A DNA stretch of 64,000 nt from Lachnospiraceae bacterium (GTDB lineage: Bacteria; Bacillota; Clostridia; Lachnospirales; Lachnospiraceae), in NCBI GenBank assembly GCA_015057055.1, contig SVFE01000001.1, positions 23,944 through 87,943 on the forward strand. The letters are read 5' to 3'. The notes beneath the pieces are model-generated. The model saw only the letters and a list, made by a program, of their open reading frames with translations, did not search any database and was not told the origin of the DNA. Each line of letters starts with the position of its first letter. Positions within the stretch are counted from its first letter, which is position 1. Below, piece by piece: positions 36,636-47,521 of this stretch. The translations under genes were made by a program, and so were the position numbers.

Positions 36636-37595
36636 ATGAAATATGATGTGATAATACCGGTTTTGATGTCGTTTGGAATCAGCGTAGTGCTCGGTCCGTT
36701 TGTGATACCGTTTTTGCGGAGATTAAAGGTTGGTCAAACCGTAAGAGAAGAGGGCCCCCAGAGTCATCTGAAAAAATCCGGAACCCCCACTATGGGAGGA
36801 CTGATGATTCTCACGGCAATTGTGATTACATCATTGGTATATATGGAAAGGTATCCGGGAATCGTTCCCATCCTCTTTTTGACGCTGGGTTTTGGACTCA
36901 TTGGATTTTTGGACGATTACATTAAAGTAGTGCTAAAACGTTCCATGGGACTTCGGGCGTGGCAAAAGATGGCGCTGCAGTTGGTGGTAACCGGTATTTT
37001 TGCGTTTTATCTGCAAAATGTTCTGGAGATGGATTTGGCAATGAAAATTCCTTTCCTTCCGGATCATTATCTGGATTTTGGAATTTGGAATATTCCGCTT
37101 TTGTTTATCGTAGTTATCGGTACGGATACCGGAGCTAATTTTACGGACGGCTTGGACGGACTTGCCAGCAGCGTAACGGTTATGATTGCCGTATTTTTCT
37201 CTGTTGTGGCCATTGGTATGGAGAGCGGAATTGCGCCTATCACCTGTGCGGCAGTGGGTGCTCTTTTGGGCTTTTTGCTTTATAATGTGCATCCGGCCAG
37301 CGTGTTTATGGGGGATACCGGTGCTTTGGCCCTGGGCGGTTTTGTGGCAGCCACCGCGTATGTGCTGCAAATGCCTTTATTTTTGCTTTTAATTGCTTTG
37401 ATCTATGTAATCGAAGTGTTGTCAGTAATGATTCAGGTTACCTATTTCAAATTGACCCACGGAAAGCGCATCTTTAAGATGGCGCCGATTCACCATCATT
37501 TTGAGATGTGCGGATGGTCAGAGACAAGGATTGTTGCAGTCTTTTCCATTGTGACGGCGCTCCTTTGTCTGGTGGCAATGCTGGGTGTTTGGTAA
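36636..37595 (+). CDS. mraY: Phospho-MurNAc-pentapeptide translocase
   Basis: KSGTPTMGG, GFLDD, NFTDGLDGLA, FMGDTG, MAPIHHHFE. Confidence 0.97.
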   Translation: MKYDVIIPVLMSFGISVVLGPFVIPFLRRLKVGQTVREEGPQSHLKKSGTPTMGGLMILTAIVITSLVYMERYPGIVPILFLTLGFGLIGFLDDYIKVVLKRSMGLRAWQKMALQLVVTGIFAFYLQNVLEMDLAMKIPFLPDHYLDFGIWNIPLLFIVVIGTDTGANFTDGLDGLASSVTVMIAVFFSVVAIGMESGIAPITCAAVGALLGFLLYNVHPASVFMGDTGALALGGFVAATAYVLQMPLFLLLIALIYVIEVLSVMIQVTYFKLTHGKRIFKMAPIHHHFEMCGWSETRIVAVFSIVTALLCLVAMLGVW

Positions 37596-37616
37596 ATTTG
37601 ACACAAGGAGAATGTT

Positions 37617-38972
37617 ATGGATATTCGAGGGAAAAAGGTTGTTGTAATGGGCGCAGGAAAGAGCGGCGTGGCTGCAGCGCGTCTTTTGCTGTATCACGGT
37701 GCGGATGTGGTAATTTATGACGAAAATGAAAATTTGGATAAGGCGGCGCTTTTGGAAAAGGTAGGAGATACTGCCTGCCGGTGCATTGCCGGTGCGTGGC
37801 CGGAAGCGGAAATGAAGGGGGTAAGTCTCCTTGTGATGAGTCCCGGAATTCCGGTGGATACGCCTTTTGTTGAGTCATTTCGTGCAAACAATATTCCCGT
37901 ATACGGTGAAATTGAATTGGCATATACCTTTGCAAAAGGTCCGGTTATTGCCATTACCGGTACCAACGGAAAAACCACCACAACGGCATTGACAGGTAAA
38001 ATTGCAGAGGACTATTTCGGTAAGGCGTTTGTGGTAGGAAATATCGGAAATCCGTATACGGAAGCAGCCATTTCCATCGGAGAAAAGGATGTGGTTGTGG
38101 CCGAGGTCAGCAGTTTTCAGTTGGAGACGATTCATCGTTTTCACCCCAAGGTTTCGGCTATTTTGAATATTACGCCGGATCATTTAAATCGGCATCATAC
38201 CATGGAGAATTACATTGCATGCAAGGAGGCGGTTGCCCAAAATCAAACGCCGGAGGATTTGTGTGTGTTAAATTATGAAGATGAGACAACGCGTGCATTT
38301 GCAAAAAAATGTCCGGCTAAAGTGTGCTTTTTCTCGTCGGCAAGAGAGTTAGAAGAAGGATTATACCTTAAAGAGGATGATATTTATCTGGCTGAAAACG
38401 GTACTTCCCAAAAGATTATGAACATTCACGAAATGAAGCTTTTGGGGATTCATAATGTGGAAAATGTGATGGCTGCAATTGCCATGACCAGAGGATTTGG
38501 AATTCCGCTGGAGAGTATCTTAAAATCCGTAAAGGAATTTAACGCAGTAGAACACCGCATTGAATACGTGGATACCGTTGACGGCGTTGATTATTACAAT
38601 GATTCGAAGGGCACTAATCCGGATGCGGCAATCAAAGGGATTCAGGCGATGAACAGAAAAACCGTATTGATTGGCGGCGGATATGATAAGGACAGCACCT
38701 ACGATGAGTGGATTGAAAGCTTTGAAGGCAAAGTTACCTACCTTATTCTAATCGGTCAGACTCGAGAGAAAATTGAAGCCTGTGCCAAGGCCCACGGATT
38801 TACCAGTACCATATTGGCAGATTCCTTCGAGGAAGCAATGGAAATTGCAAAAGAAAAGGCATTGCCGGGAGAAGCGGTTTTGCTGTCACCGGCTTGTGCA
38901 AGCTGGGGGATGTTCCCGAACTATGAAGTGCGGGGGCAGCGTTTTAAAGAGTTGGTCCGGGCGATGAAGTAA
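37617..38972 (+). CDS. murD: UDP-MurNAc-L-Ala--D-Glu ligase
   Basis: GAGKSG, ITGTNGKTT, EVSSFQL, YYNDSKGTN, LLSPACAS. Confidence 0.97.
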   Translation: MDIRGKKVVVMGAGKSGVAAARLLLYHGADVVIYDENENLDKAALLEKVGDTACRCIAGAWPEAEMKGVSLLVMSPGIPVDTPFVESFRANNIPVYGEIELAYTFAKGPVIAITGTNGKTTTTALTGKIAEDYFGKAFVVGNIGNPYTEAAISIGEKDVVVAEVSSFQLETIHRFHPKVSAILNITPDHLNRHHTMENYIACKEAVAQNQTPEDLCVLNYEDETTRAFAKKCPAKVCFFSSARELEEGLYLKEDDIYLAENGTSQKIMNIHEMKLLGIHNVENVMAAIAMTRGFGIPLESILKSVKEFNAVEHRIEYVDTVDGVDYYNDSKGTNPDAAIKGIQAMNRKTVLIGGGYDKDSTYDEWIESFEGKVTYLILIGQTREKIEACAKAHGFTSTILADSFEEAMEIAKEKALPGEAVLLSPACASWGMFPNYEVRGQRFKELVRAMK

Positions 38973-39004
38973 CCGGATGAGAGTGTAAGAAAGGATGACT
39001 TACT

Positions 39005-40171
39005 TTGGCACGAAGAGGAGCAAAGAAAAAGTATTACTATTTTGATATAAACTTTTTGTTTATTGTAATCAGTTTGCTGGTATTTGGATTGTTGATGATT
39101 TATTCCACCAGTTCCTACGAAGCAAATATGGAATTCGGCGATGCGGCGTTTTATTTTCGTAAGCAGCTCGGCGCAACCGTTGTCGGACTTTTATTTATGA
39201 TTTTGGTTGCGGTAATTCCGTATCGCGTATACCGGTTGGATTTCCTTCCGGAGAAATTACATAGATTGCCAATTTATGTGGCGATGTTTTTCCTGCTTTT
39301 GTTGTTAACCCCCTTGGCTTATTCGGCAAACGGTGCAACCAGATGGTTGGATTTGGGTGTGAGCGTGCAACCGGCGGAAATTGCAAAACTTGCGGTTATT
39401 GTCTATCTGGCTGCGTATACCACCCGTTATCCCAAGGCGATTCAGACCGCCAAAGGGATGCTGCACTTTATGTTCTGGCCTCTTGTTTTGGCCGTAATGA
39501 TTTACGGTATTTCTTCCAATTTGTCCAGTGCGATTATCGTAGTGGGAATTGCGGCGGTTATGTTGTTTGTGGCAACTCCGCAATATAAGAGATACATATT
39601 GATTGTTTTGGTGGTTTTGCTTGTGGCTGCAGCAGTGGTTGCATTTGTTTTGAATCAGGATCCGGCGACTTCGCAGCTGGGATACCGCGGAGACCGTATC
39701 CGTGCCTGGGTAGATCCGGAAGCGTATGCTGATTCCAAAGGATATCAGACGTTGCAGTCCCTTTATGCTATCGGTTCCGGTGGTTTTTGGGGAAAAGGAC
39801 TGGGCGAAAGTGTCCAGAAACTGGGATTTATCCCTGAAGCACAAAATGACATGATTTTTTCGATTATATGTGAAGAGTTGGGTCTTTTGGGTGCAACGGT
39901 AATTATTGTATTGTTTATTGCTCTTTTGTACCGGTGTCTTTATATTGCCACCAATGCAAAAGATTTGTTTGGAGCAATGCTGGTGGTGGGGGTTATGGCT
40001 CACATTGCAATTCAGGTGATTTTGAATATCGCGGTTGTTACTAACACGATTCCCAATACCGGTATTTCCCTTCCCTTTATCAGTTACGGCGGTTCTTCCG
40101 TGGTATTTTTGCTGATGGAAGTCGGATTGGTGCTGGGCGTCGCACGTTCCATTGAAATGAAAGACGAGTAA
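39005..40171 (+). CDS. ftsW: SEDS peptidoglycan polymerase FtsW/SpoVE
   Basis: GATRW, QPAEIAK, GYQTLQSLYAIGSGG, PEAQNDMIF, LPFISYGGSS. Confidence 0.9.
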   Translation: MARRGAKKKYYYFDINFLFIVISLLVFGLLMIYSTSSYEANMEFGDAAFYFRKQLGATVVGLLFMILVAVIPYRVYRLDFLPEKLHRLPIYVAMFFLLLLLTPLAYSANGATRWLDLGVSVQPAEIAKLAVIVYLAAYTTRYPKAIQTAKGMLHFMFWPLVLAVMIYGISSNLSSAIIVVGIAAVMLFVATPQYKRYILIVLVVLLVAAAVVAFVLNQDPATSQLGYRGDRIRAWVDPEAYADSKGYQTLQSLYAIGSGGFWGKGLGESVQKLGFIPEAQNDMIFSIICEELGLLGATVIIVLFIALLYRCLYIATNAKDLFGAMLVVGVMAHIAIQVILNIAVVTNTIPNTGISLPFISYGGSSVVFLLMEVGLVLGVARSIEMKDE

Positions 40172-40177
40172 AAAAGA

Positions 40178-40204
40178 ACTATTTTACATTGAACGGCATA
40201 TACT
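40178..40204 (+). promoter_or_regulatory. Mother-cell sigma (sigmaE/sigmaK)-like promoter before murA
   Basis: AC (40178-79), N17, CATATACT (40197-204). Confidence 0.45.
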
Positions 40205-40248
40205 AGCAAAGGAGTATTCCCAAATTGGTAGAAGTCGGAAGGTGTAAA

Positions 40249-41523
40249 ATGAAATCATTGTTGATAGACGGCGGTTGTGTGCTTAACGGACAGATAAAAG
40301 TGCAGGGTTCCAAAAATGCAGCACTTCCCATAATAGCAGCATCTCTTCTGTTTCCGGGAAAAACGGTGTTACAGGAATGTCCGCAAATCCGGGATGTGGA
40401 ATTGATGAAAAACCTACTGGAGTGTCTGGGGTGTGAGGTTAGCAGCCGGGAAAACTGTCTTAGCGTGGAGGCCGGTGAAGCGAAAGTAAATAATCTTCCT
40501 GCCCGGTGGGTAGGCGGTATGCGTTCTTCCATACTGCTTTTGGGAGCAATGCTGGCAAGATTTCATTCGGCAGTGATTTGTTATCCCGGCGGATGTGTAA
40601 TCGGAGAGCGTCCCATTGATTTACATATTATGGCGTTAGAAAAATTGGGGGCCGAAATTCACATAGAAGGTGAGTGCATCATTGCGAAGGCAACCAATCT
40701 GAAGGGATGTAAAATACAATTCCCGATATCCAGTGTCGGTGCAACGGAGCAGGCGATATTGGCGGCCTGCGGTGCGCAGGGCATTACGGATTTGTACAAT
40801 GCGGCAACGGAGCCGGAAGTGGTTCATTTATGCCGGTTTTTGCACTCTGCGGGGATTGAGATTCAGGGAATCGGATGCAAACATTTGCGGATTACGGGGC
40901 AATCTTTTGCAAAGAATTATCCCGGGGAAATACAATATACCATACCGGCAGACCGGATTGTGGCAGGTACTTATCTGCTTATGGCGGCGGCCTGCGGAGG
41001 AGAGATTTACTTGGAGAACGGGCAATCGCAGGAAATGGAAGCCTTACTTGCCGTGACGAGGCAACTGGGGAGTCGCGTAGAGGGTAGCAAAACGGATTTG
41101 CCTGGGGGTATTTTTTTAAAAGCAGAAAAGAACCTGAAAGCACCGGAGAAGATTGTGACCGGACCTTATCCGGAATTTCCTACCGATATGCAGCCGATTT
41201 TGGCGGCAACCCTCAGTAAAGCGGACGGCGAAAGCATTATTGAAGAGACGGTGTTTGAGAATCGTTTTTGTTATGTTTCGGAATTGGAAAAAATGGGCGG
41301 AAAATTCCGGACGGACAATCGGCGGTTATCGGTTTATCCCGCTTATCTGCATGGTGCATGTGTGCAGGCGGCAGATTTACGAGGCGGGGCGGCCTTGGTT
41401 TTGGCAGGACTTATTGCCGAGGGTCGAACCAAGGTGGAAAATGCACATTTTATCGAACGGGGCTATGAGGATATCGTCCGGGATTTGCGAAAACTCGGGG
41501 CAAAAATTACAAGTGAAACTTAG
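40249..41523 (+). CDS. murA: UDP-GlcNAc 1-carboxyvinyltransferase (divergent paralogue)
   Basis: GSKNAALP, PGGCVIGERPIDLH (catalytic Cys kept), SVGATE, FPTDMQ, DLRGGAAL; TTG 40225 is an alternative start. Confidence 0.9.
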   Translation: MKSLLIDGGCVLNGQIKVQGSKNAALPIIAASLLFPGKTVLQECPQIRDVELMKNLLECLGCEVSSRENCLSVEAGEAKVNNLPARWVGGMRSSILLLGAMLARFHSAVICYPGGCVIGERPIDLHIMALEKLGAEIHIEGECIIAKATNLKGCKIQFPISSVGATEQAILAACGAQGITDLYNAATEPEVVHLCRFLHSAGIEIQGIGCKHLRITGQSFAKNYPGEIQYTIPADRIVAGTYLLMAAACGGEIYLENGQSQEMEALLAVTRQLGSRVEGSKTDLPGGIFLKAEKNLKAPEKIVTGPYPEFPTDMQPILAATLSKADGESIIEETVFENRFCYVSELEKMGGKFRTDNRRLSVYPAYLHGACVQAADLRGGAALVLAGLIAEGRTKVENAHFIERGYEDIVRDLRKLGAKITSET

Positions 41524-41544
41524 AACGGAGAGCAGGTACACAGA

Positions 41545-42285
41545 TTGAAACAGGCAGATTATGACCTTATCATACAAAAGAAAATAAAGATTTGTATTGT
41601 GCTTGGAATCATTACCGTGGTTCTTCTTGCCTTTGATTTGATTTTGGAATTGTTTCAGGTAACAACGGTCTATGTTGAGGGAAATGAGCATTACTCGGCG
41701 CAGGAAATCCGGGAGATGGTGCAGGAAGGACGATTTGGAGATAATTCCCTGTATTTATCCATGCGATACAGCAATCGCAGCATTACGGACATTCCCTTCA
41801 TTGAAACAATGGATGTGGATGTTTTGGATAGGAACACCATCAAGATTACCGTTTACGAAAAAGCTCTGGCAGGGTATGTGGAATATCTGGGTACCTACAT
41901 GTATTTTGACAAGGATGGGGTGATTGTGGAAAGTTCATCCATGCGGACCTACGGGATTCCGCTGGTTACCGGACTTTCCTTCGACCATTTTGTAATGTAC
42001 GAGCCTCTGCCGGTGGAAAATGAAGAGATTTTCCAAACGATACTGAATGTCACGCAAATGCTGAACAAATACGAAATAGTAACGGACAAGATTTATTTTG
42101 ATGATTCGTACAACATGGTACTGTATTTTGGCGATGTGCGGGTGGATATGGGTTCCATGGATTTGCTGGAAGAAAAAATACAGCGTTTGGATGCGATTCT
42201 GCCTCAATTGGAGGGGCGCAGCGGTATCCTTCATATGAACAATTATGATTCGGAACACGGAGATATTACGTTTACGGTTGACTAA
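41545..42285 (+). CDS. ftsQ: Cell division protein FtsQ/DivIB
   Basis: One TM then a POTRA-like VYVEGNEHYS segment; precedes ftsZ. Confidence 0.85.
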   Translation: MKQADYDLIIQKKIKICIVLGIITVVLLAFDLILELFQVTTVYVEGNEHYSAQEIREMVQEGRFGDNSLYLSMRYSNRSITDIPFIETMDVDVLDRNTIKITVYEKALAGYVEYLGTYMYFDKDGVIVESSSMRTYGIPLVTGLSFDHFVMYEPLPVENEEIFQTILNVTQMLNKYEIVTDKIYFDDSYNMVLYFGDVRVDMGSMDLLEEKIQRLDAILPQLEGRSGILHMNNYDSEHGDITFTVD

Positions 42286-42451
42286 AGTAGTCAACGAGCC
42301 CTAATTTTGCTGAAATAATTTGGGAAAAGTGGTTGCGAAATCGGGAAAATAATTATATGATGTTTCTAGACTTCTTGTGTTTGAGTGATATTGGACATAC
42401 AAAATATAGAAAGAAGCATACAAAAATGAAGTGTATAGGAGGAACAGAGCC

Positions 42452-43684
42452 TTGCTGGAAATTACAAGTAAAGAGTCAGAAGTTGCTGCAAAGATTCTGG
42501 TAGTCGGAGTCGGCGGAGCGGGGAATAATGCAGTCAACCGAATGATTGATGAAAATATAATCGGTGTAGAGTACATAGGTGTTAATACGGATGTTCAGGC
42601 ATTGCAGAAGTGCAAAGCGGCACGTTTGGTACAGATTGGTGAAAAACTTACCAAAGGTCTCGGCGCCGGAGCAAAACCGGAAATCGGTCAGCAGGCTGCA
42701 GAGGAAAGTGCGGAAGAGTTGGCAGAAGTTATGAAAGGCAGCGATATGGTATTCGTTACTGCCGGAATGGGTGGCGGTACCGGTACTGGTGCAGCATCCG
42801 TAGTAGCTAAGATTGCGAAAGAAATGGGCGCACTTACCGTTGCTGTTGTAACCAAGCCCTTTGCATTTGAGCAGAGAAAGCGTATGGACAATGCCCTCTA
42901 CGGAATCGAGAATTTAAAAGGCTGTGTAGATACCATGATTGTAATTCCCAATGAAAAGCTTTTGGGAATCGTAGATAAGAGAACTTCCCTTCGGGAAGCA
43001 TTCTGCAAGGCGGATGAAGTACTTCAGCAGGCAGTACAGGGAATCACTGATTTGATTAATGTTCCTTCCGATATTAACCTTGACTTTGCGGATGTGCAGA
43101 CGGTTATGAAGGACAAGGGTGTTGCCCATGTGGGTATCGGTATCGGAAAGGGAGATGATAAGGCGTTAGAAGCAGTGCAGATGGCTGTTCAGAGCCCGCT
43201 TTTGGAAACTTCCATTGCAGATGCAACGGATATTATCATCAATGTGACCGGTGATATTACACTTTACGATCCTGCAGCAGCTGCAGAGTTTATCGAAGGC
43301 ATTACCGGAAATGATGTTAACGTTATTTTCGGTGCAAGAGTGGACGAGTCCATGACAGATACCTGTGTGGTTACTGTTATTGCAACCGGTATTGAAATGC
43401 CCAACGTTCCTTCTGCACGGATTACCAGCGCAAGTTCTTATAAGCCTGCATCGGCACCTTATAAGCCCCGCGCAGTAGCACCCGGTGTTCCGGTTCAGAA
43501 TAAGCCGGCGGCAGTACCTGTAACAGCACCGGTAGCAGAAGAACCGGTAGCAGAAAGACCGGTAAAACCGGTAAGTCCTATGGTAGGTACCACCAATATT
43601 CCTACATTTAACGGAAGATTCAACAGCAAGATTGAAGATAAGACTTATCAGCTTCCTTCTTTTATGAGAAAATCCGACTCATAA
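42452..43684 (+). CDS. ftsZ: Cell division protein FtsZ
   Basis: [24 protein letters not shown] tubulin signature, NLDFADV; GGAGGA SD before TTG 42452. Confidence 0.98.
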   Translation: MLEITSKESEVAAKILVVGVGGAGNNAVNRMIDENIIGVEYIGVNTDVQALQKCKAARLVQIGEKLTKGLGAGAKPEIGQQAAEESAEELAEVMKGSDMVFVTAGMGGGTGTGAASVVAKIAKEMGALTVAVVTKPFAFEQRKRMDNALYGIENLKGCVDTMIVIPNEKLLGIVDKRTSLREAFCKADEVLQQAVQGITDLINVPSDINLDFADVQTVMKDKGVAHVGIGIGKGDDKALEAVQMAVQSPLLETSIADATDIIINVTGDITLYDPAAAAEFIEGITGNDVNVIFGARVDESMTDTCVVTVIATGIEMPNVPSARITSASSYKPASAPYKPRAVAPGVPVQNKPAAVPVTAPVAEEPVAERPVKPVSPMVGTTNIPTFNGRFNSKIEDKTYQLPSFMRKSDS

Positions 43685-43720
43685 ACAGGAATATTAACCG
43701 AACGAATAAAATGTAAAATC

Positions 43721-43773
43721 AGAAGAGTTTTCACTTAGCGAAGTCGTTTCGCAGGAGTGGGAACTCTTTTTTT
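43721..43773 (+). terminator. Terminator after ftsZ
   Basis: AAGAGTTTTCACTT...GAGTGGGAACTCTT stem followed by a T run. Confidence 0.75.
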
Positions 43774-43814
43774 GTCGTTTTTCGAAAAAAAGTTATGTGA
43801 ATCAGAGGATTTAT

Positions 43815-43858
43815 TTCGGCAAATTATGCGCGGCTACTATTTTATAATTGAAAAAAAG
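43815..43858 (+). promoter_or_regulatory. spoIIG promoter with a Spo0A box
   Basis: TTCGGCA (reverse complement TGCCGAA = TGNCGAA) at 43815-21; TATAAT at 43853-58. Confidence 0.55.
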
Positions 43859-43879
43859 ATAAGGGCAGGCGGATGAAAT

Positions 43880-44653
43880 GTGCAGTACACCATATACATA
43901 GATGTTCTCTTTTATAAACTGTTTATCCTTAGTTTTGTATTGCTTTGGTCGGCGGGAATGTGGAACCGGGCATCAATGAAACTTTGGAAAATTTCCATCG
44001 GTGCCGCTGTCTGGAGCATTATATCCATTGCATGTCTTATGCTTCCGCAGGAAATCAGGCTTGTAGCAGGATTTATGTTGCAGTGTTTCCTGGGGCTGGT
44101 AGTTCTGACGCTGGTATTTGGAAAAACGAATTGGATTTCCTTTGTTTTTATTGCATTGTATTACTCCGGGATATTCCGGATGCTGGATTGGTTGCAGCCC
44201 ATGCTTGGAAAGACCGGGGCGCAGCTGTGTATACTTTCGATTGCCTTGGTGATTTTTGCGTTTTCATTGAAAAGAGGAAGGGAAAACAAGTATGTAACCG
44301 TATCTCTGCATACCGGAGATGAGACTTTGGAAATAAAAGCGCTGGTGGATTCCGGAAATTCTCTCTCGGAACCGTTAAGCGGAAAGCCGGCGTGCGTGTT
44401 GGAGAAAGATTGCCTGCCGGAAAACTGGCAGCCGGAAGAACCTTATTGCAGTCCCGGAATTTTTTTAATTCCTTATCGGGCAGTTGGCACGGAGGAAGGC
44501 CTTCTGCAGGGCATTTGTTTTAAAAATGCCAAGGTCAAGGCCGATAATAAAACGATGCTGTGCAAAGAGATGATGGTTGCCCTTTGTGAACAGAAATTGT
44601 CAAAAAATGGGGCTTACCGGATGCTCTTACACGAGGACTACCGGCCGGATTAG
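43880..44653 (+). CDS. spoIIGA: Pro-sigmaE processing aspartic peptidase
   Basis: IYIDVLF N-terminus, TM region, [16 protein letters not shown]; directly before sigE. Confidence 0.9.
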   Translation: MQYTIYIDVLFYKLFILSFVLLWSAGMWNRASMKLWKISIGAAVWSIISIACLMLPQEIRLVAGFMLQCFLGLVVLTLVFGKTNWISFVFIALYYSGIFRMLDWLQPMLGKTGAQLCILSIALVIFAFSLKRGRENKYVTVSLHTGDETLEIKALVDSGNSLSEPLSGKPACVLEKDCLPENWQPEEPYCSPGIFLIPYRAVGTEEGLLQGICFKNAKVKADNKTMLCKEMMVALCEQKLSKNGAYRMLLHEDYRPD

Positions 44654-44676
44654 TTTTTAGAAAGGAAAGGAATGTT

Positions 44677-45456
44677 ATGTTGCAAATGGTTTTACCCGTA
44701 AAGTGGAATTTTATTGTGGGACGAGGCAACTCTATTTTTAACCGGGGAGGAGAAATTCATTACATAGGCGGTGCAGACATTTTGCCGGCGCCGCTTTCGC
44801 CGGAAGAAGAGACGGAGATGATTTCTCACATGGAAAACGAAGGAAGCGTTTCGGCCAAAAACAGTTTGATTGAGCACAATTTACGTTTGGTGGTTTATAT
44901 TGCCAAAAAATTTGATAATACGGGAATCGGTGTAGAGGATTTAATATCCATCGGAACCATTGGCTTAATTAAGGCCATTAATACATTTCGTTCCGACAAA
45001 AATATCAAACTGGCAACTTATGCTTCCAGATGCATTGAAAATGAAATTCTGATGTATCTTCGGCGAAATAACAAGACGAAAATGGAGGTTTCCATTGATG
45101 AGCCGTTGAATGTGGACTGGGACGGTAATGAACTTCTCCTTTCTGATATTTTGGGTACGGAGGAGGACATTATCTATCGGGATATTGAGACGGAGGCGGA
45201 ACAAAAAATGCTGTCAAAGGCGATTGAACGGCTAAAAGAACGTGAAAAAACAATCGTTATGCTTCGGTTTGGTATTAACCGCTCGGACGGAAAAGAAATG
45301 ACGCAAAAGGAAGTGGCGGATTTGCTGGGGATATCCCAATCCTATATTTCCAGATTGGAAAAAAAGATTATGAAACGTTTGCAAAAGGAGATGCTTCGTG
45401 AAGAAAACGGACGTGGACCGGAAGGGAATCAGCAGTATATTTCCGCCCGCTCTTAG
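44677..45456 (+). CDS. sigE: Sporulation sigma factor E (C-terminus extended over spoIIIAA)
   Basis: Pro-sequence, [54 protein letters not shown]. Confidence 0.95.
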   Translation: MLQMVLPVKWNFIVGRGNSIFNRGGEIHYIGGADILPAPLSPEEETEMISHMENEGSVSAKNSLIEHNLRLVVYIAKKFDNTGIGVEDLISIGTIGLIKAINTFRSDKNIKLATYASRCIENEILMYLRRNNKTKMEVSIDEPLNVDWDGNELLLSDILGTEEDIIYRDIETEAEQKMLSKAIERLKEREKTIVMLRFGINRSDGKEMTQKEVADLLGISQSYISRLEKKIMKRLQKEMLREENGRGPEGNQQYISARS

Positions 45457-46381
45457 AGAGATGGCAAATCGAATCTGTGATTTGCCAGGGGTGGAAGAAA
45501 TACGCATCAGACGAAACTGTCCGGTGATTGTTTATGCCGGCGGCGCAGAATATTGGATTTCAAAAAACGGCCGGCGGGTGTTTTCTTTGGAAGAGGCATA
45601 TCATTGCAGTGGGGAAGACTTGGAGCAGATGCTTTCTTTTCTGTGCAGACAGTCGGTTTATGCATATGAAGAGGAACTTCGGCAAGGCTTTGTAACGATT
45701 CCCGGCGGGCACCGCGTAGGGATTGCGGGACAGGTTATCCGGGAGAAAGGAAAGGTAAAAAATATACGGTATATATCCGGAATGAATATACGAATTGCCG
45801 GTATGGTGAACGGAGCAGCGGATTCTCTTCTGCCTTATCTGTACGAGAACGGCGTATTTTGCAATACCTTGGTGTTATCTCCGCCAGGATGCGGAAAAAC
45901 AACGCTGCTACGGGATTTGATTCGGCAAATATCAAACGGAAATCCCTTTGCGCCGGGACAGACTGTGGGGGTCGTTGATGAGCGTTCGGAGCTTTCCGGC
46001 GGTTATCTGGGTGAGGCTTTTCTGGATTTGGGAATCCGCACGGATGTACTGGATCGGTGTCCGAAATCGGAAGGAATGATGATGTTGGTACGAAGCATGA
46101 ATCCTTCTGTTTTGGCAGTCGATGAACTGGGCGGAGAAGAAGATGTGACGGCGCTTAAGACCGCCCTGTATTGCGGCTGTAAAATACTGGCAACCGTCCA
46201 CGGAAATGATTTGAGCGATATCGACAGGAAACCTTCTCTTAGGCATTTGCAGGAAGAAAAAGCGTTTTGTCGAATTCTTCGGCTATATAAAAAGGATGGA
46301 ATTTTTTCTTCCGAAATCTATAACGGGGAGGGGCGGCTCATGGACAGAAAAAGACTCGTTAGGAGAGACGAAGCGCAATGA
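45398..46381 (+). CDS. spoIIIAA: Stage III sporulation protein AA (ATPase)
   Basis: [38 protein letters not shown]. Confidence 0.95.
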   Translation: MKKTDVDRKGISSIFPPALREMANRICDLPGVEEIRIRRNCPVIVYAGGAEYWISKNGRRVFSLEEAYHCSGEDLEQMLSFLCRQSVYAYEEELRQGFVTIPGGHRVGIAGQVIREKGKVKNIRYISGMNIRIAGMVNGAADSLLPYLYENGVFCNTLVLSPPGCGKTTLLRDLIRQISNGNPFAPGQTVGVVDERSELSGGYLGEAFLDLGIRTDVLDRCPKSEGMMMLVRSMNPSVLAVDELGGEEDVTALKTALYCGCKILATVHGNDLSDIDRKPSLRHLQEEKAFCRILRLYKKDGIFSSEIYNGEGRLMDRKRLVRRDEAQ

Positions 46382-46890
46382 AACTGCTGGGAGCATTACT
46401 TTTGATTACCGGTGCCGGCGGCCTTGGCTATCTGGCGGAATACGGATTGAAGCGGCGAATTACGTTCTTACTGAAATTGAAGGAATTATTACTGTTGCTG
46501 GAAAGCGAAATTACATATAAAAACGCAACATTGGGTGAAGCGTTTTGGGAACTGTCTGAAAGAAAGCAAGGCATGGAGGGTTCGTTTTTAAAGGATGTTT
46601 TTGAAGGAATGGAAGTACAGGGAAGAAATTTTGAGGACGTTTGGTGCGAATATTTGAAAAAATGGGGTAACGACAACGGTTTGACAGAAGAAGATTTAAG
46701 GGGCGCATTTTCTTTTTCGGATGCGGTAGGTATATATGACATTTCCTTGCAGGAGAGAATGATTCGGTATGCAACGGAGCAGCTGGAGGAACGGATTCGT
46801 TTATTAAAAAAAGAGCATGAAAAAAAGGGAAAAGCCTATTTCTATCTCGGGATTGCCGGCGGAGCAATGGGAGTAATCATTTTTCTGTAA
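46378..46890 (+). CDS. spoIIIAB: Stage III sporulation protein AB
   Basis: [17 protein letters not shown]-terminal TM; operon order. Confidence 0.88.
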   Translation: MKLLGALLLITGAGGLGYLAEYGLKRRITFLLKLKELLLLLESEITYKNATLGEAFWELSERKQGMEGSFLKDVFEGMEVQGRNFEDVWCEYLKKWGNDNGLTEEDLRGAFSFSDAVGIYDISLQERMIRYATEQLEERIRLLKKEHEKKGKAYFYLGIAGGAMGVIIFL

Positions 46891-46902
46891 TAAGGGGGAA
46901 TT

Positions 46903-47097
46903 ATGAACGAAGGGTTAATTTTTAAAATAGCAGCGGTAGGAATTCTTATCGCTGTGTTAAATCAAATATTGAAACACAGCGGGCGGGATGAACAGGCATT
47001 TTTGCTTAGTCTTGCCGGTCTGGTATTGGTACTGACCTGGATTGTACCCTACATTGCAACCCTGTTTGAGACCATTCGGGATTTATTTGAATTGTAA
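46903..47097 (+). CDS. spoIIIAC: Stage III sporulation protein AC
   Basis: LIFKIAAVGILIAVLNQILKHSGRDEQA. Confidence 0.93.
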   Translation: MNEGLIFKIAAVGILIAVLNQILKHSGRDEQAFLLSLAGLVLVLTWIVPYIATLFETIRDLFEL

Positions 47098-47106
47098 GGG
47101 CTGTGT

Positions 47107-47493
47107 ATGGAAGCGATAAAGATTGCATTATTGGGAATCGTTGTAGTGCTTCTTGCCATCGTGGTACGACAAAAAGAGCCGGTGTTCGGCACGCTTTTGT
47201 CGCTGGCGGGATGTTTCCTTGTGTTTGGAGCTATTATTTCAAGAGTATCGGCAGTGGTCATTCTCCTGGAGGATTTAATGGAACTATTGGGGGAGCAAAG
47301 GGCATATTTATTGTTGCTCCTTAAGGCGGTGGGAATCACCATGCTGACGGAATTTTCAGCCGGTATCTGCAAGGAAAACGGTCTTGTGGCAATGGGAGAT
47401 CTGGTACGTATTTTCGGGAAAATCTCCGTGCTGCTTTTGGGGATTCCCATTATGGCAAGTCTCTTGGAAGTCATTCTGTCATTTTCGCTTTAA
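47107..47493 (+). CDS. spoIIIAD: Stage III sporulation protein AD
   Basis: LLKAVGITMLTEFSAGICKENG, GKISVL. Confidence 0.92.
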   Translation: MEAIKIALLGIVVVLLAIVVRQKEPVFGTLLSLAGCFLVFGAIISRVSAVVILLEDLMELLGEQRAYLLLLLKAVGITMLTEFSAGICKENGLVAMGDLVRIFGKISVLLLGIPIMASLLEVILSFSL

Positions 47494-47521
47494 TCGGATG
47501 AGGCCGGGAAGGGTAAGAAAA

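Noticed and set aside
40249-41523. Fosfomycin-resistant MurA variant
   Set aside because: The catalytic Cys is retained (PGGCVIG), not replaced by Asp.
41545-43684. Missing ftsA, murG and murF in the dcw cluster as an anomaly
   Set aside because: dcw content varies widely among Clostridia; these genes may lie elsewhere, which this window cannot show.
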